Counted from the stretch's first letter, positions 16,064-26,129 are shown. The stretch is 32,000 bases of DNA from Candidatus Methylomirabilis oxygeniifera (GCA_000091165.1 FP565575.1:2610001-2642000); one strand, 5' to 3'. The notes: generated by a model from the sequence alone, not told the origin. A program made the numbers and translations.

Positions 16064-17380
16064 CTAGAGCATCCTACCCCGATATGACCAGTGCAAAAGC
16101 TCGACAGGGTGCATGACCCGGACCTGAAGCCCTCGCTCTCTGATCCCCTTCTCGATCTGGAGGGAGCAGCCAGGGTTGCCGCTAACCACTACGTCGGCCC
16201 CCGTCGCCTTGATCCGATCGATCTTCCGATCGAGCAACTGCTGAGCCACGTCGTGGTGCAGCAGATTATAGGTCCCGGCGCTTCCACAGCAGAAGTCGGA
16301 TTCTTTCAGCTCGACGAGCCGGAGCCCGGGGATCTGTGTGAGGAGTGCCCTTGGTTGCTGCCGAATCTTCTGGCCGTGCACCAGGTGGCCAGCGTCGTGA
16401 TAGGTGACGGTCAGGTTCAGCATCTGGAGCTCGCCGCGCAGCGGGGTCTCTGCCAACAGCTCCGAGACATCCCGCACCCTTGCGCTGAAGCTGTCAGCCT
16501 TGTTGGTATAGGCTGGGTCCGTCCGGAACAGCTCCCCGTATTCCTTCATGGCTGAGCCGCACCCAGCTGCGTTCACGACGATGTAATCAACGTTGGCCGA
16601 CTCGAAACAATCGATAATCCGCCTTGCCTTTATCTTTCCCTGCTCCCGCTCGCCCTCGTGAACCAGGAGCGAACCACAGCATTCTTGTTCCCTCGGGACG
16701 ATCACCTCGTAGCCATTCTCGCTCAGCACCAGGACCGTGGCGGCATTCACGTGGGCAAAGAAGAACCGTTGGACACAGCCGAGCAGGAGCCCAACCCGCC
16801 CACGCCGCTGACCTTTGGCTGGTGTAACCTCGGGGAGCGCGTACAGGCGAGAATCCGGGATGGAAGGAAGAAGAGCCTCCATCCGGCCCAGACGACCAAA
16901 GAAGCCCAAGAGTCCTGAAGCCCTGATGAGCCGCTGCAAGCCCGACCTCTGATACAACCGAAGGAGGCTGGTGAGCATCTGCAAGCGACCGATATTGGTG
17001 AAGGTGTGCACGAGGACATGGCGGAATCGCCGCTCGGCAGCAGGGTACTGATAACTCCGCGCAATCTGGCCCCTGGTCGCCTCCATCAGGAGGCCAAACT
17101 TCACACCCGAAGGGCAGGCCGTCTCGCAGGCCCGGCAGAGGAGGCACAGATCCATGTGCCTGGCAAAGCTGTCGGAGATGCCGATCTTGCCTTCGGAGAC
17201 AGTTCGGATGAGGTGGAGCCGTCCGCGCGGGCTGTCCATCTCGTTACCGAGGACGAGGTAGGTAGGACAGGTGGGCAGGCAGAACCCGCAGTGGACGCAG
17301 TCGAGAAAGAGTTCGGGATCAGGCGGATCGAATTGATCGAAGGCGCCGGCGCCGATCGTTTCTGTTGGCTGGCTCACCAT
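16064..17380 (-). CDS. glcF: GlcF-like (Fe-S)-binding oxidoreductase subunit (2x[4Fe-4S] ferredoxin motifs + two CCG domains)
   Basis: CVHCGFCLPTCP and CLLCRACETACP are CxxCxxCxxxCP motifs. The two cysteine-rich CCG signatures are EQECCGSL and SDFCCGSAGTYN. No glcD/glcE-like flavoprotein gene is adjacent. Confidence 0.75.
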   Translation of the reverse strand: MVSQPTETIGAGAFDQFDPPDPELFLDCVHCGFCLPTCPTYLVLGNEMDSPRGRLHLIRTVSEGKIGISDSFARHMDLCLLCRACETACPSGVKFGLLMEATRGQIARSYQYPAAERRFRHVLVHTFTNIGRLQMLTSLLRLYQRSGLQRLIRASGLLGFFGRLGRMEALLPSIPDSRLYALPEVTPAKGQRRGRVGLLLGCVQRFFFAHVNAATVLVLSENGYEVIVPREQECCGSLLVHEGEREQGKIKARRIIDCFESANVDYIVVNAAGCGSAMKEYGELFRTDPAYTNKADSFSARVRDVSELLAETPLRGELQMLNLTVTYHDAGHLVHGQKIRQQPRALLTQIPGLRLVELKESDFCCGSAGTYNLLHHDVAQQLLDRKIDRIKATGADVVVSGNPGCSLQIEKGIRERGLQVRVMHPVELLHWSYRGRML

Positions 17381-17440
17381 CTGTTCAATAGATTTCGCCT
17401 CTTGCAGTATATTATTACTCAGAGCAAAAATCGCTTGTCT

Positions 17441-17517
17441 CCCCCTTTAGCAAAGGGGGGTAAGGGGGGTTTTGAACGATCGGGAAAACCCCCTCAGTCC
17501 CCCTTTTTAAAGGGGGA
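17441..17517. repeat. cluster of three G5-6/C5-6 hairpins, same family as 7268-7339
   Basis: CCCCCTTT-agc-AAAGGGGG (17441-17459), GGGGGTTTT-11 nt-AAAACCCCC (17465-17493) and TCCCCCTTT-tt-AAAGGGGGA (17498-17517). The last has arms identical to the 7305-7325 hairpin. Confidence 0.85.
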
Positions 17518-17530
17518 AGTTGCTGGAGAT

Positions 17531-18283
17531 TCAGTTGTCTGCCTCGCCGACGTAGGCTTCGTGCAGCTTCACCGGCTCGGCGCGAACCTTTCTCAGCCGT
17601 AAGTTGAGCAGTTCTACAACGATCGAGAACGCCATCGCAAAGTAGATGTACCCTTTGGGAATATGCTGATGCAGACCCTCGACGATGAGGGTAAAGCCGA
17701 TGAGCAGGAGAAAACTCAACGCCAGCATTTTGATGGTGGGATGACGATCCACAAAACTGCTGATCGGCCCGGCGGACACAATCATCACGCCTGCTGCGAT
17801 GATGACGGCGGCGATCATGATCGTCAGTCGGTCGACCATGCCGACGGCGGTAATCACCGAATCGAGCGAAAAGACGACATCCAGCAGGAGTATCTGCACA
17901 ATGACGCCGGCAAACGAGGGGTGGACGTGGGCCGAAGCGTGTCCCTCGGCGCCCTCTAGTTTTTGGTGAATCTCATGTGTACTCTTCCCCAACAAAAACA
18001 GGCCGCCGAGAATGAGGATGATGTCCCGCCCGGATATCTCATACGTGAGCACCGAAAACAGCGGTTCGGTGAGACCGATGATCCATGAAAGCGAGAGCAG
18101 AAGCAGGACGCGCGAGATGATTGCCAGTCCCAGGCCGATGGTACGCGCCCGGTCTTGCTGATGGGCGGGAAGTTTCCCGGCTAGAATCGAAATGAAGATG
18201 ACGTTGTCAACACCGAGAACGAGTTCAAGTACGACGAGCGTAATAAATGCGATCCATGTTTGGGGGTCAGCGAGCCAATCCAT
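17531..18283 (-). CDS. TerC family integral membrane protein
   Basis: 250 aa, multi-TM. FITLVVLELVLGVDNVIFISILAGKLP and LLLDVVFSLDSVITAVGM are the duplicated TerC DN/DS motifs. Confidence 0.85.
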   Translation of the reverse strand: MDWLADPQTWIAFITLVVLELVLGVDNVIFISILAGKLPAHQQDRARTIGLGLAIISRVLLLLSLSWIIGLTEPLFSVLTYEISGRDIILILGGLFLLGKSTHEIHQKLEGAEGHASAHVHPSFAGVIVQILLLDVVFSLDSVITAVGMVDRLTIMIAAVIIAAGVMIVSAGPISSFVDRHPTIKMLALSFLLLIGFTLIVEGLHQHIPKGYIYFAMAFSIVVELLNLRLRKVRAEPVKLHEAYVGEADN

Positions 18284-18631
18284 ATGCCGATTCTCCTGGC
18301 CGTCAGCGGACAGCTACGCAGGACCTCGCGGGTCCCGATCAGTGTACTCGCCTAAGCGATGACGATAAGGTTATTGCCGGTGAAAAACTCGGCCCCCGCT
18401 ATCACTCTGCTTGATTGTCGCCAATATAGTCTCACGTTCTAATGGGGTCAAGGATTCATGCGGCATCATCTTTGCTGTAGCGCTTTTGCTCCACCCACCC
18501 TATACTAAGAGTCAATTGTAAGCGGCCCTCATTTCGTCACCATTGGACAGATGCCGGATTCCATATGACTTGAAACGTGGAATGTGGCATCTGGAACTTT
18601 GGACATAGAACGTAGAACGAGGTTTTGGACT

Positions 18632-20572
18632 ATGAACCAGAGCGTTGCTCCACCGCTTGCCGGCTTGACCGGCCTTACCGTAGTCTCCTTTGAGAGTCGC
18701 CTGGCTGCTCCGATGGCCGACCTGATCAGCCGTCAAGGGGGTATTCCTGTCTCTGCGCCTGCGCTCCGCGAAATCCCATGTACGGAACATGCGGAAGCCA
18801 ACGAGTTTGCAAAGGCATTACTGGCCGGCCGGATCGATATGGTTGTATGGCTGACCGGCGTGGGCGCCCGCGCCTTGCTGACCGCTGTGGAAGGGACCGT
18901 TTCGCGCGCGGAGTGTCTGGCAGCCCTGAGCCGAATCCCAACCATTGCCCTTGGTCCAAAACCCCAAGCGGTTCTACGGGAACTGGGTATCCCGATTACG
19001 CTGGCTGTTCCGGAGCCGAACACCTGGCGCGAGATTCTGACGGCTATCGACAGCGCGGCTATCCCTCTGCTTGGTCGACGGGTAGCGGTCCAGGAATACG
19101 GTCGCAGCAACCCGGAGCTGATTGCGGGACTGCAGACGCGCGGCGCCAGTGTCCTGCGGGTTCCGGTCTACCAGTGGGCATTGCCCGAGGATTGTGGTCC
19201 TTTGCGGCAGGCGATCAAGGCTATTGCCAATCAGCAGGTCGATCTGGTCCTGTTTACGACCGCTGTACAGGCAGATCATCTGCTGCAGGTCGCGGCGGCG
19301 GACGGTCTGGAGGAGCCGCTGCGAACAGGATTACGCGATACGGTCGTTGCCTCAATCGGCCCCACCTGCAGCAAAGCACTCCGCGAACATGGCCTGACGG
19401 TCGACCTGGAGCCGGAGCATCCCAAAATGGGCCATCTGGTTCAGACGGCAGCGCGACACGCCCACGTGCTGCGGCGGATCAAGCGAGCCGGAACAGTGCA
19501 GGCGACCGGAGGCCGAAGACCGGAGACCGGAGGCGCGAATCTCTTGCAGGAGAGTCCGTTCCTGAAGGCCTGCCGCTTGGAGCCGGCCCCCTATACCCCG
19601 ATCTGGATCATGCGGCAGGCCGGGCGCTACCTTCAGGAGTATCGGGAGATTCGAGGGAAGCTGTCGTTTCTGGAGCTGTGTCATCGACCTGATCTGGCGG
19701 CGGAGGTGACGGTCACGGCCGCCGAGCGGCTCGGTGTGGATGCCGCGATCATCTTCGGCGATATCCTCCTGGTGGTGGAGCCGATGGGGGTCGGGTTGGA
19801 GTTTACTAAGGGGGACGGTCCGGTCATCCATCATCCGATACGGTGCGGGGCCGACCTGAAACGGCTGCAACCGGTCGATGTGCAGGGATCGCTTTCGTTT
19901 CTCTTTGAAGCGGTGCGCCTAGCGCGCGCAGCGCTACCGGCGAATATCCCCCTCATTGGGTTCGCCGGGGCGCCGTTCACCCTGGCATCGTACCTGATCG
20001 AGGGCCGCGGGTCGCGCCAGTATCAACAGATCAAGACGCTCATGTACCGCGATCCCGCTGCGTGGCACGCCCTCATGGAACGGCTGTCCGATGTCGTATC
20101 CGACTACCTGAATGGTCAGATCGCCGCGGGGGTCCAAGTGGTGCAGTTATTCGATAGCTGGGTCGGCTGTCTGAGCCCTGACGACTATCGGGAGTTCGTC
20201 CTGCCCCACACGAAACGGGCTATCGCGCGACTTGTACCCGGCGTGCCGGTCATTCACTTCGGGACCGACACGACATCGCTGCTGCCGCTGATACGGGAGG
20301 CCGGCGGGAATGTGATCGGACTGGACTGGCGAGTGGATCTTGGGGAGGCCTGGGCCGGGCTAGGATATGAGGTCGGTGTACAGGGCAACCTGGATCCGGT
20401 GGCGCTATTCGCCGAACCCGATAAGATTCGCCGCCAGGCCGATCGGATTCTTGAGCGGGCAGCGAAACGACCAGGCCACATCTTCAATCTCGGTCATGGC
20501 ATCCTCCCGCAAACCCCCGTAGACCACCTGCGCGTGCTCATCGACTATGTCCACGAAGCGACAGCAAGGTGA
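18632..20572 (+). CDS. hemE: fusion protein: uroporphyrinogen-III synthase (HemD) + uroporphyrinogen decarboxylase (HemE)
   Basis: ATG at 18632. The N-terminal ~310 aa look HEM4-like (LTVVSFESRLAAPMADLISRQGGIPVSAPALREIP...DMVVWLTGVGARALL...DLVLFTTAVQADHLL). The C-terminal ~340 aa are canonical URO-D (PIWIMRQAGRYLQEYREIR, IIFGDILLVVEPMG, GFAGAPFTLASYLIEG, VQLFDSW, GHIFNLGHGI). Confidence 0.85.
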   Translation: MNQSVAPPLAGLTGLTVVSFESRLAAPMADLISRQGGIPVSAPALREIPCTEHAEANEFAKALLAGRIDMVVWLTGVGARALLTAVEGTVSRAECLAALSRIPTIALGPKPQAVLRELGIPITLAVPEPNTWREILTAIDSAAIPLLGRRVAVQEYGRSNPELIAGLQTRGASVLRVPVYQWALPEDCGPLRQAIKAIANQQVDLVLFTTAVQADHLLQVAAADGLEEPLRTGLRDTVVASIGPTCSKALREHGLTVDLEPEHPKMGHLVQTAARHAHVLRRIKRAGTVQATGGRRPETGGANLLQESPFLKACRLEPAPYTPIWIMRQAGRYLQEYREIRGKLSFLELCHRPDLAAEVTVTAAERLGVDAAIIFGDILLVVEPMGVGLEFTKGDGPVIHHPIRCGADLKRLQPVDVQGSLSFLFEAVRLARAALPANIPLIGFAGAPFTLASYLIEGRGSRQYQQIKTLMYRDPAAWHALMERLSDVVSDYLNGQIAAGVQVVQLFDSWVGCLSPDDYREFVLPHTKRAIARLVPGVPVIHFGTDTTSLLPLIREAGGNVIGLDWRVDLGEAWAGLGYEVGVQGNLDPVALFAEPDKIRRQADRILERAAKRPGHIFNLGHGILPQTPVDHLRVLIDYVHEATAR

Positions 20573-21509
20573 CGTGGTCCCGCCGTGTGACGCCGTCCTG
20601 ATGATCGCCTTTGGGGGTCCTACGAAGTCCGAGGAGATCCGCCCATTTCTCGCCAATGTGCTTCAGGGTGTACCGGTCCGACCGGAGCGGCTGGAGGAGG
20701 CGGCCCGTCACTACGAAGCGCTCGGTGGCCGGTCTCCCATCACTGAGTTGACCTTTGGGCAGGCGAAGAGCCTGGCTGCGCTGTTGGAGCGCGAGGGGTC
20801 GAGGCTGCCCGTCTATGTTGGGATGCGCTATTGGCATCCCTTCGTTACCGAGACGGTGGAGCAGATGGTTCGGGATGGCAGACGGCGTGCAGTCGCGTTG
20901 ATCATGGCGGCACACGATTCCGGAGCGGCAGGCTGGAACAGATCGGTAGCGGCGGTAACCACCGCGCTTGACATTGCCGGTCCCAGCGCGCCGAAAGTGG
21001 ACTTCGCTCAGCCATGTTATGACCACCCGGATTTTATCACGGCGATGGCCGAGCGGGTTTACACGCAACTGCAGGCGATCCCCCATACTCACCGCCACGG
21101 AACGCCGCTGGTCTTTACGGCGCACAGCATCCCGGCTTCAATCGCCGCCTCATCGCCCTATGTGCAGCAACTCGAGACATCCTGCCGACTTGTGGCGGAG
21201 GTCTTGGGGCATCCCTGCTGGTTCCTGGCCTATCAGAGCCGCAGCGGCGATCCCAGAGAGCCGTGGCTTGAGCCCGATGTGGCCAACGTCCTGCGCACGC
21301 TCCATACCGAGGGCCACCGGTCGGTGGTGGTGGCCCCCATCGGCTTTGTATGCGATCACGTTGAGGTGCGCTACGATCTGGACGTGGAGGCCAAGGCGCT
21401 GGCCGACACGCTCGGGATCGATTTCAAGCGGGCCGGCACGGTGAACGATCATCCTCTGTATATCCGCACCCTGGCCGATCTGGTGCGTCGGCGTATGGCG
21501 CAGGGCTAG
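20547..21509 (+). CDS. hemH: ferrochelatase (possibly coproporphyrin ferrochelatase type)
   Basis: AVLMIAFGGP, GMRYWHPF, LVFTAHSIP and GFVCDHVEVRYDLD. The ATG at 20547 overlaps the hemE end by 26 nt; an in-frame GTG at 20574 is an alternative start. Confidence 0.9.
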   Translation: MSTKRQQGDVVPPCDAVLMIAFGGPTKSEEIRPFLANVLQGVPVRPERLEEAARHYEALGGRSPITELTFGQAKSLAALLEREGSRLPVYVGMRYWHPFVTETVEQMVRDGRRRAVALIMAAHDSGAAGWNRSVAAVTTALDIAGPSAPKVDFAQPCYDHPDFITAMAERVYTQLQAIPHTHRHGTPLVFTAHSIPASIAASSPYVQQLETSCRLVAEVLGHPCWFLAYQSRSGDPREPWLEPDVANVLRTLHTEGHRSVVVAPIGFVCDHVEVRYDLDVEAKALADTLGIDFKRAGTVNDHPLYIRTLADLVRRRMAQG

Positions 21510-21529
21510 CGCACCCTCGACGGACGTCA

Positions 21530-23017
21530 ATGGCGACGGAACAGCACAGCGGCAGCAGGCGTATCGTGGTGGTGGGGAGCGGCATCGCGGGTCTGGCTGC
21601 CGCCTATCGGCTGCAGGAGCGGTGCGAGCAGGACGGCCCGCCTTGCGAGGTGCGCGTATTGGAGGCCGCTGCACGGCCCGGCGGTGCGATCAGTACCACG
21701 CACCGGGATGGTTTTGTTCTTGAATCTGGGCCCGATACCATTTTCACCGATAAGCCGTGGGGATTGGATCTGATCAGACGCCTCGGTCTGAGCGAGCAGG
21801 TCATCGGGACCAATGAGGCGCACCGCCGGACCTTTGTTGTGCGGGACGGCGCACTGCACCCGCTGCCCGAAGGGTTCGCCTTGATGGGGCCGACCAAGCC
21901 TTGGCCGTTTCTGCAATCAGGGCTGCTGTCATGGCGCGGCAAGGCAAGGGCGGCTCTGGACCTGGTACTGCCGCGAGGGGGACCATCCGACGACGAGAGC
22001 CTGGCGTCGTTCGTTCGGCGTCGTTTCGGACAGGAGTTTCTCGATCGGCTGGCCCAACCGATGATCGGTGGAATCTATGGCGCCGACCCGGAGCGGTTGA
22101 GTCTGCGCGCTACCTTCCCGCAGTTTCTGCAGATGGAAGCGACGCATCGCAGCGTGATCCTCGGCCTGCGACGAATGCGCCCCGCCGGCCGCGGCGTAGG
22201 TCATACCAGCAGCGGCCCGCGCTATGGCCTGTTTGTCACGCTGGATCACGGGCTGCAGGCCCTCGTCGATGCCATGGTAAAAAGGCTGCCGGCTGGGACG
22301 CTGCGTCTCCGCGCGCCGGTTGATAGAATCGCGCACACAGAGCAAGGCTGGACCGTTCGACTTGGAGACGGCGCGAGCCTGCAGGCCGATGGCCTTATTC
22401 TCGCCGTCCCCGCATTTGAGATTGCCAGGCTTACCCACGACCTGGACCAAGACCTGGCTCGTCAGCTCGAGGCCATGCCCTACGCCTCTTCGGTCACGAT
22501 CAATCTGGCCTATCGTAGAGAGGCGATCCACCATCCGCTCGACGGGTTTGGATTTGTGGTGCCGGCCTGCGAGGGGCGCACCATCATTGCCTGTTCGTTC
22601 AGCAGCGTGAAGTTCGCTCATCGGGCGCCGGCCGGTCACGTCCTGCTGCGTGCCTTCGCGGGCGGCGCGCTGCAGCCGGAGCCGTTCACCTGGGATGACG
22701 AGACGCTGCTGAGCGCAGTGCGCCGCGATCTGGAGGAGCTGCTGGCGATTCACGCGCCGCCTTTGTGGAGCCAGTTGGTCCGACATCCTCGTGTGATGCC
22801 CCAGTACCAGGTCGGCCACCTGGGCCGGTTGGCGGCGCTCGAAGAGACGCTTCGGCGGTGGCCGACCCTCAAGCTGACCGGTAACGCCTACAGAGGTGTC
22901 GGTGTGCCGGATGTGGTTCACAGCGGGGAGACGGCCGCCGATTCATTATTGGCAGAGCTGGCCCCGTCACCGACCGAGCCGACCCCCGCTTGTACCGAAG
23001 GCGATTCTCGCCTATAA
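21530..23017 (+). CDS. hemY: HemY-type FAD-dependent protoporphyrinogen/coproporphyrinogen III oxidase
   Basis: RIVVVGSGIAGLAAAYRL (GxGxxG) and VLEAAARPGG. 495 aa, and the C-terminal GNAYRGVGVPDVVHSG is typical of HemY. It is the third gene of a hemE-hemH-hemY array. Confidence 0.85.
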   Translation: MATEQHSGSRRIVVVGSGIAGLAAAYRLQERCEQDGPPCEVRVLEAAARPGGAISTTHRDGFVLESGPDTIFTDKPWGLDLIRRLGLSEQVIGTNEAHRRTFVVRDGALHPLPEGFALMGPTKPWPFLQSGLLSWRGKARAALDLVLPRGGPSDDESLASFVRRRFGQEFLDRLAQPMIGGIYGADPERLSLRATFPQFLQMEATHRSVILGLRRMRPAGRGVGHTSSGPRYGLFVTLDHGLQALVDAMVKRLPAGTLRLRAPVDRIAHTEQGWTVRLGDGASLQADGLILAVPAFEIARLTHDLDQDLARQLEAMPYASSVTINLAYRREAIHHPLDGFGFVVPACEGRTIIACSFSSVKFAHRAPAGHVLLRAFAGGALQPEPFTWDDETLLSAVRRDLEELLAIHAPPLWSQLVRHPRVMPQYQVGHLGRLAALEETLRRWPTLKLTGNAYRGVGVPDVVHSGETAADSLLAELAPSPTEPTPACTEGDSRL

Positions 23018-23099
23018 TCTTGTACTCCGGGGCCAAATACGAATGGGCAAGTCGATCCAGCGAGTGACCCAGCCGTAAGCGCGAATAAGGAGATCACCT

Positions 23100-24368
23100 A
23101 TGCACGCAAGAAAGATCGTTATCCTGTGTGGGTTCATGGCCGCTATAATCTTCAGTGCGGGTTGCGCGACCACGCTGTCGAAGGTCGCCTATATCGTCTC
23201 GGAAGATCAGGGAACAACCTCGGTTCTGGTTCAGAACGCCGATGGCAGTAATCCCGTCCGCGTTCCGGGCCTGTCCGGGGTAATCTCGGAGATTGCCATA
23301 TCGCCTAGTGGCCAGCGGCTGGCCTATGTGATTGGCGGAACCACCACCGGCCTCGAACAGGTGTTTGTCGCCGAACTGGATGAACACAGTAACATCGTAG
23401 GGGTCAGACGCAACGTTTCGGATGAACTGCCGACCGCGAGAAGCTTCTCGCCGAAGTTTCTCGACGACAATCATCTCCTGTATCTTTCGGAGAACCAGGG
23501 TGACCGGATTCTGGTTCTGATAGATTTACTCACCGGAGGTAAGCAGAAGATCTCCGCGATCAGCGGAACGATCGACACGGTGATCCGGTACAACATTGAC
23601 GACAAAGACGCCCTCTTTTTTGGGCTGAACAAGGAGATGCGACGATTTGACCTTCCGACCGGGCCGCTTCGGTCGGTTGTGGCGAATACGGGGAGCGTCT
23701 CCGCGCTGACCTATGAGAAGATGGGGATTTTTGAGAATTCCCTTATTTTTAGTACTCAGGTCACTCCCGAGGAACGGGTCATCTCACACATGCGTCTGGA
23801 TGGAACAGGGCTCAAGGTTGTTGCTGAGGTCCCCTCTGAACTGGTTTTTTCGATCATTAGGCTGGCGCAGGAACCGGCATCGCGGGTCCAGCGATTCGGT
23901 CTGTTTGACTTCACTCTGGTGACAAGGCCCGAGGACGAGGCAGACCTGATTACGCTGGAAGGCTACGAGATAACCGCACAGAAGATCACTGAACGGCACC
24001 TCTTCTGGGTCGTGCGAGATCTGCGGAGCCCGGACCTGGTCCGTGCGGTCTACGCGGCGAAGGGCTTAGAGGATCTTAGAACAGGGGCCCACGGAAGATC
24101 GGTCTACCTCGCATCGACGGGGAACATGCTGGTCTGGTATGATCCTGCCAACAAAAAGATATGGGGCGTGCCGATCGACCAGATCGGCGAGAATCCGGTC
24201 GATCTCTCGGCCGGCGTAACCAGAGTGGCCAATCGTCCTTTTTCGATTTCAGCAAACAATATCGGTGTAGTTACTGAAGAGGGGAAGCTCTATTTACTTT
24301 CAACCAACCGCACGTCGCTGCCCCGCTTGTTGGGGCAGGGAATTCACATGAGCATCACCCGCCCGTGA
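23100..24368 (+). CDS. hypothetical lipoprotein, TolB/PD40-like beta-propeller suspected
   Basis: AAGGAGA RBS. MHARKIVILCGFMAAIIFSAGC is a signal peptide plus lipobox. Repeated strand-rich segments such as ISPSGQRLAYVIGG...VFVAELD and LYLSENQGDRILVLIDLLTG resemble PD40 repeats. No specific family recognised. Confidence 0.55.
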   Translation: MHARKIVILCGFMAAIIFSAGCATTLSKVAYIVSEDQGTTSVLVQNADGSNPVRVPGLSGVISEIAISPSGQRLAYVIGGTTTGLEQVFVAELDEHSNIVGVRRNVSDELPTARSFSPKFLDDNHLLYLSENQGDRILVLIDLLTGGKQKISAISGTIDTVIRYNIDDKDALFFGLNKEMRRFDLPTGPLRSVVANTGSVSALTYEKMGIFENSLIFSTQVTPEERVISHMRLDGTGLKVVAEVPSELVFSIIRLAQEPASRVQRFGLFDFTLVTRPEDEADLITLEGYEITAQKITERHLFWVVRDLRSPDLVRAVYAAKGLEDLRTGAHGRSVYLASTGNMLVWYDPANKKIWGVPIDQIGENPVDLSAGVTRVANRPFSISANNIGVVTEEGKLYLLSTNRTSLPRLLGQGIHMSITRP

Positions 24369-24431
24369 CTCGCCTCCACGTCGCGAGGGGAGAATGCAGG
24401 CAAAGGGCGCTGTATAGTTGAGGAGGGAGTG

Positions 24432-26105
24432 ATGACGTTCGATCCGAGACATAAGAGCCGTACGCTGTTGGATGGGCCGGATCGCGCGCCGGCACGGGCG
24501 ATGCTCAAGGCCATCGGTTTCAAGGACGAAGATCTTACGCGACCGCTCGTCGGCGTGGCCCACTGCTGGATCGAGGTGATGCCCTGCAACATCAACCACC
24601 GGGCGCTGGCCGAGCGGGTCAAGGCAGGCATTCGGGCGGCCGGTGGAACCCCGATCGAGTATAACACGATCGGGATCTCCGACGGAATCTCCATGGGCAC
24701 CGAAGGGATGAAGACGTCCCTGGTGAGCCGGGAGGTTGTAGCCGACTCCGTCGAATTGGTGGCCAGAGGACACCTATTTGACGGCTTAGTCGCCATCTCC
24801 GGCTGTGATAAAACGATTCCTGGTACGGTCATGGCGTTGACTCGTCTGAATATCCCTGGCCTCATGCTCTATAGCGGCTCTACCGCCTTCGGCGAATACG
24901 ATGGTCGCCATCTCACGATCCAGGATGTCTTTGAGGCGGTGGGTGCCTACAATGTCGGTAAGATGCCGTCCGAGGAGCTTCGTGCCATTGAGAACTGCGC
25001 CTGCCCAGGCGCCGGCGCCTGCGGCGGTCAGTTTACCGCCAACACCATGTCTACCGCCTTTGAGATGCTGGGCATCTCACCGATGGGCTGGAACGGCGTC
25101 CCGGCGACGGATGCCCAGAAGGAAGAGGTCGCCTTCGAGAGTGGGAAGCTGGTCATGGAGCTGCTGCGGCACGGCATCACACCCAAGCGGATCCTTACCC
25201 GTAACGCCTTTCGCAACGCCATCGCCGGTGTGATGGCTACGGGCGGATCTACCAACGCTGTGCTTCACCTGATCGCTGTGGCCAAAGCCGCCGGTGTCAA
25301 GCTGTCGTTGGACGATTTCGATCGGATCTCGAGAAAAACTCCGCTCCTGGCTGACCTGAAGCCGTGGGGACGCTTTACTGCCCCGGACATGTACATGGCG
25401 GGCGGCATGCCGGTGGTGGCTAAACGCCTGCTTGATGCCGGCCTCCTGTATGCCGACGAGCTGACGGTCACCGGTAAGACGATCGGGAAGGAGGCGCGGG
25501 CTGCGCGCGAGACCCCGGGACAAGCGGTCATCTATCCGCTCCGGAAGCCGATCAAACCGACCGGAGGGATGGTCATCCTGAGAGGTAATCTTGCGCCGGA
25601 CGGGTGCGTGGCGAAGGTCGCCGGTCATGAGCGGATGGTCCATCGCGGCCCGGCGCGGGTCTTTAACCGGGAGGAGGACGCTTTCATCGCCGTCAAGGCC
25701 GGGAAGGTCAAGGCGGGTGACGTCGTCGTGATCCGCTACGAGGGGCCCAAGGGCGGGCCGGGGATGCGCGAGATGCTTGGGGTCACCGGGGCGCTTGCCG
25801 GTGCTGGCCTTCTGGACTCCGTAGCCTTGATGACGGATGGGCGGTTCTCGGGCGCGACGCATGGCCTGATGATCGGGCACATCGCGCCTGAGGCGGCGGT
25901 GGGCGGACCGATCGCCGCACTGCGCACGGGGGACACCGTCCTCCTCGACATCAACAAGCGTCGCCTCGACGTCGAACTATCGGCCGCCGAATTGAAACGG
26001 CGGCTCCGAACATGGAAGCCACCCGCTCCCCGCTATAAGAGCGGTGTTATGGCCAAGTACGCCCGCACGGTCTCGTCGGCGTCGGAGGGCGCCGTTACCG
26101 ATTGA
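24432..26105 (+). CDS. ilvD: dihydroxy-acid dehydratase
   Basis: [35 protein letters not shown] and [15 protein letters not shown] 24432 is preferred over GTG 24429 because of spacing from the GAGGAGGGA RBS. Confidence 0.95.
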   Translation: MTFDPRHKSRTLLDGPDRAPARAMLKAIGFKDEDLTRPLVGVAHCWIEVMPCNINHRALAERVKAGIRAAGGTPIEYNTIGISDGISMGTEGMKTSLVSREVVADSVELVARGHLFDGLVAISGCDKTIPGTVMALTRLNIPGLMLYSGSTAFGEYDGRHLTIQDVFEAVGAYNVGKMPSEELRAIENCACPGAGACGGQFTANTMSTAFEMLGISPMGWNGVPATDAQKEEVAFESGKLVMELLRHGITPKRILTRNAFRNAIAGVMATGGSTNAVLHLIAVAKAAGVKLSLDDFDRISRKTPLLADLKPWGRFTAPDMYMAGGMPVVAKRLLDAGLLYADELTVTGKTIGKEARAARETPGQAVIYPLRKPIKPTGGMVILRGNLAPDGCVAKVAGHERMVHRGPARVFNREEDAFIAVKAGKVKAGDVVVIRYEGPKGGPGMREMLGVTGALAGAGLLDSVALMTDGRFSGATHGLMIGHIAPEAAVGGPIAALRTGDTVLLDINKRRLDVELSAAELKRRLRTWKPPAPRYKSGVMAKYARTVSSASEGAVTD

Positions 26106-26129
26106 GAAGCTGTCAGCACCAGGCGCAAA

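Noticed and set aside
18778-19692. 304-aa plus-strand ORF in an alternative frame of hemD-hemE (also 3511-4152 within the kinase and 20538-21125 antisense to hemH)
   Set aside because: It has extreme Arg/Gly/Pro/Ser composition, and the overlapped frames carry canonical enzyme motifs.
21929-22921. 330-aa minus-strand ORF
   Set aside because: It is antisense to hemY, which has clear FAD-binding and family motifs. It has a low-complexity Arg/Gln/Pro composition.
25077-25880. 267-aa minus-strand ORF (and 24300-24865 minus ORFs)
   Set aside because: They are antisense to ilvD, whose identity is unambiguous. These are shadow ORFs.
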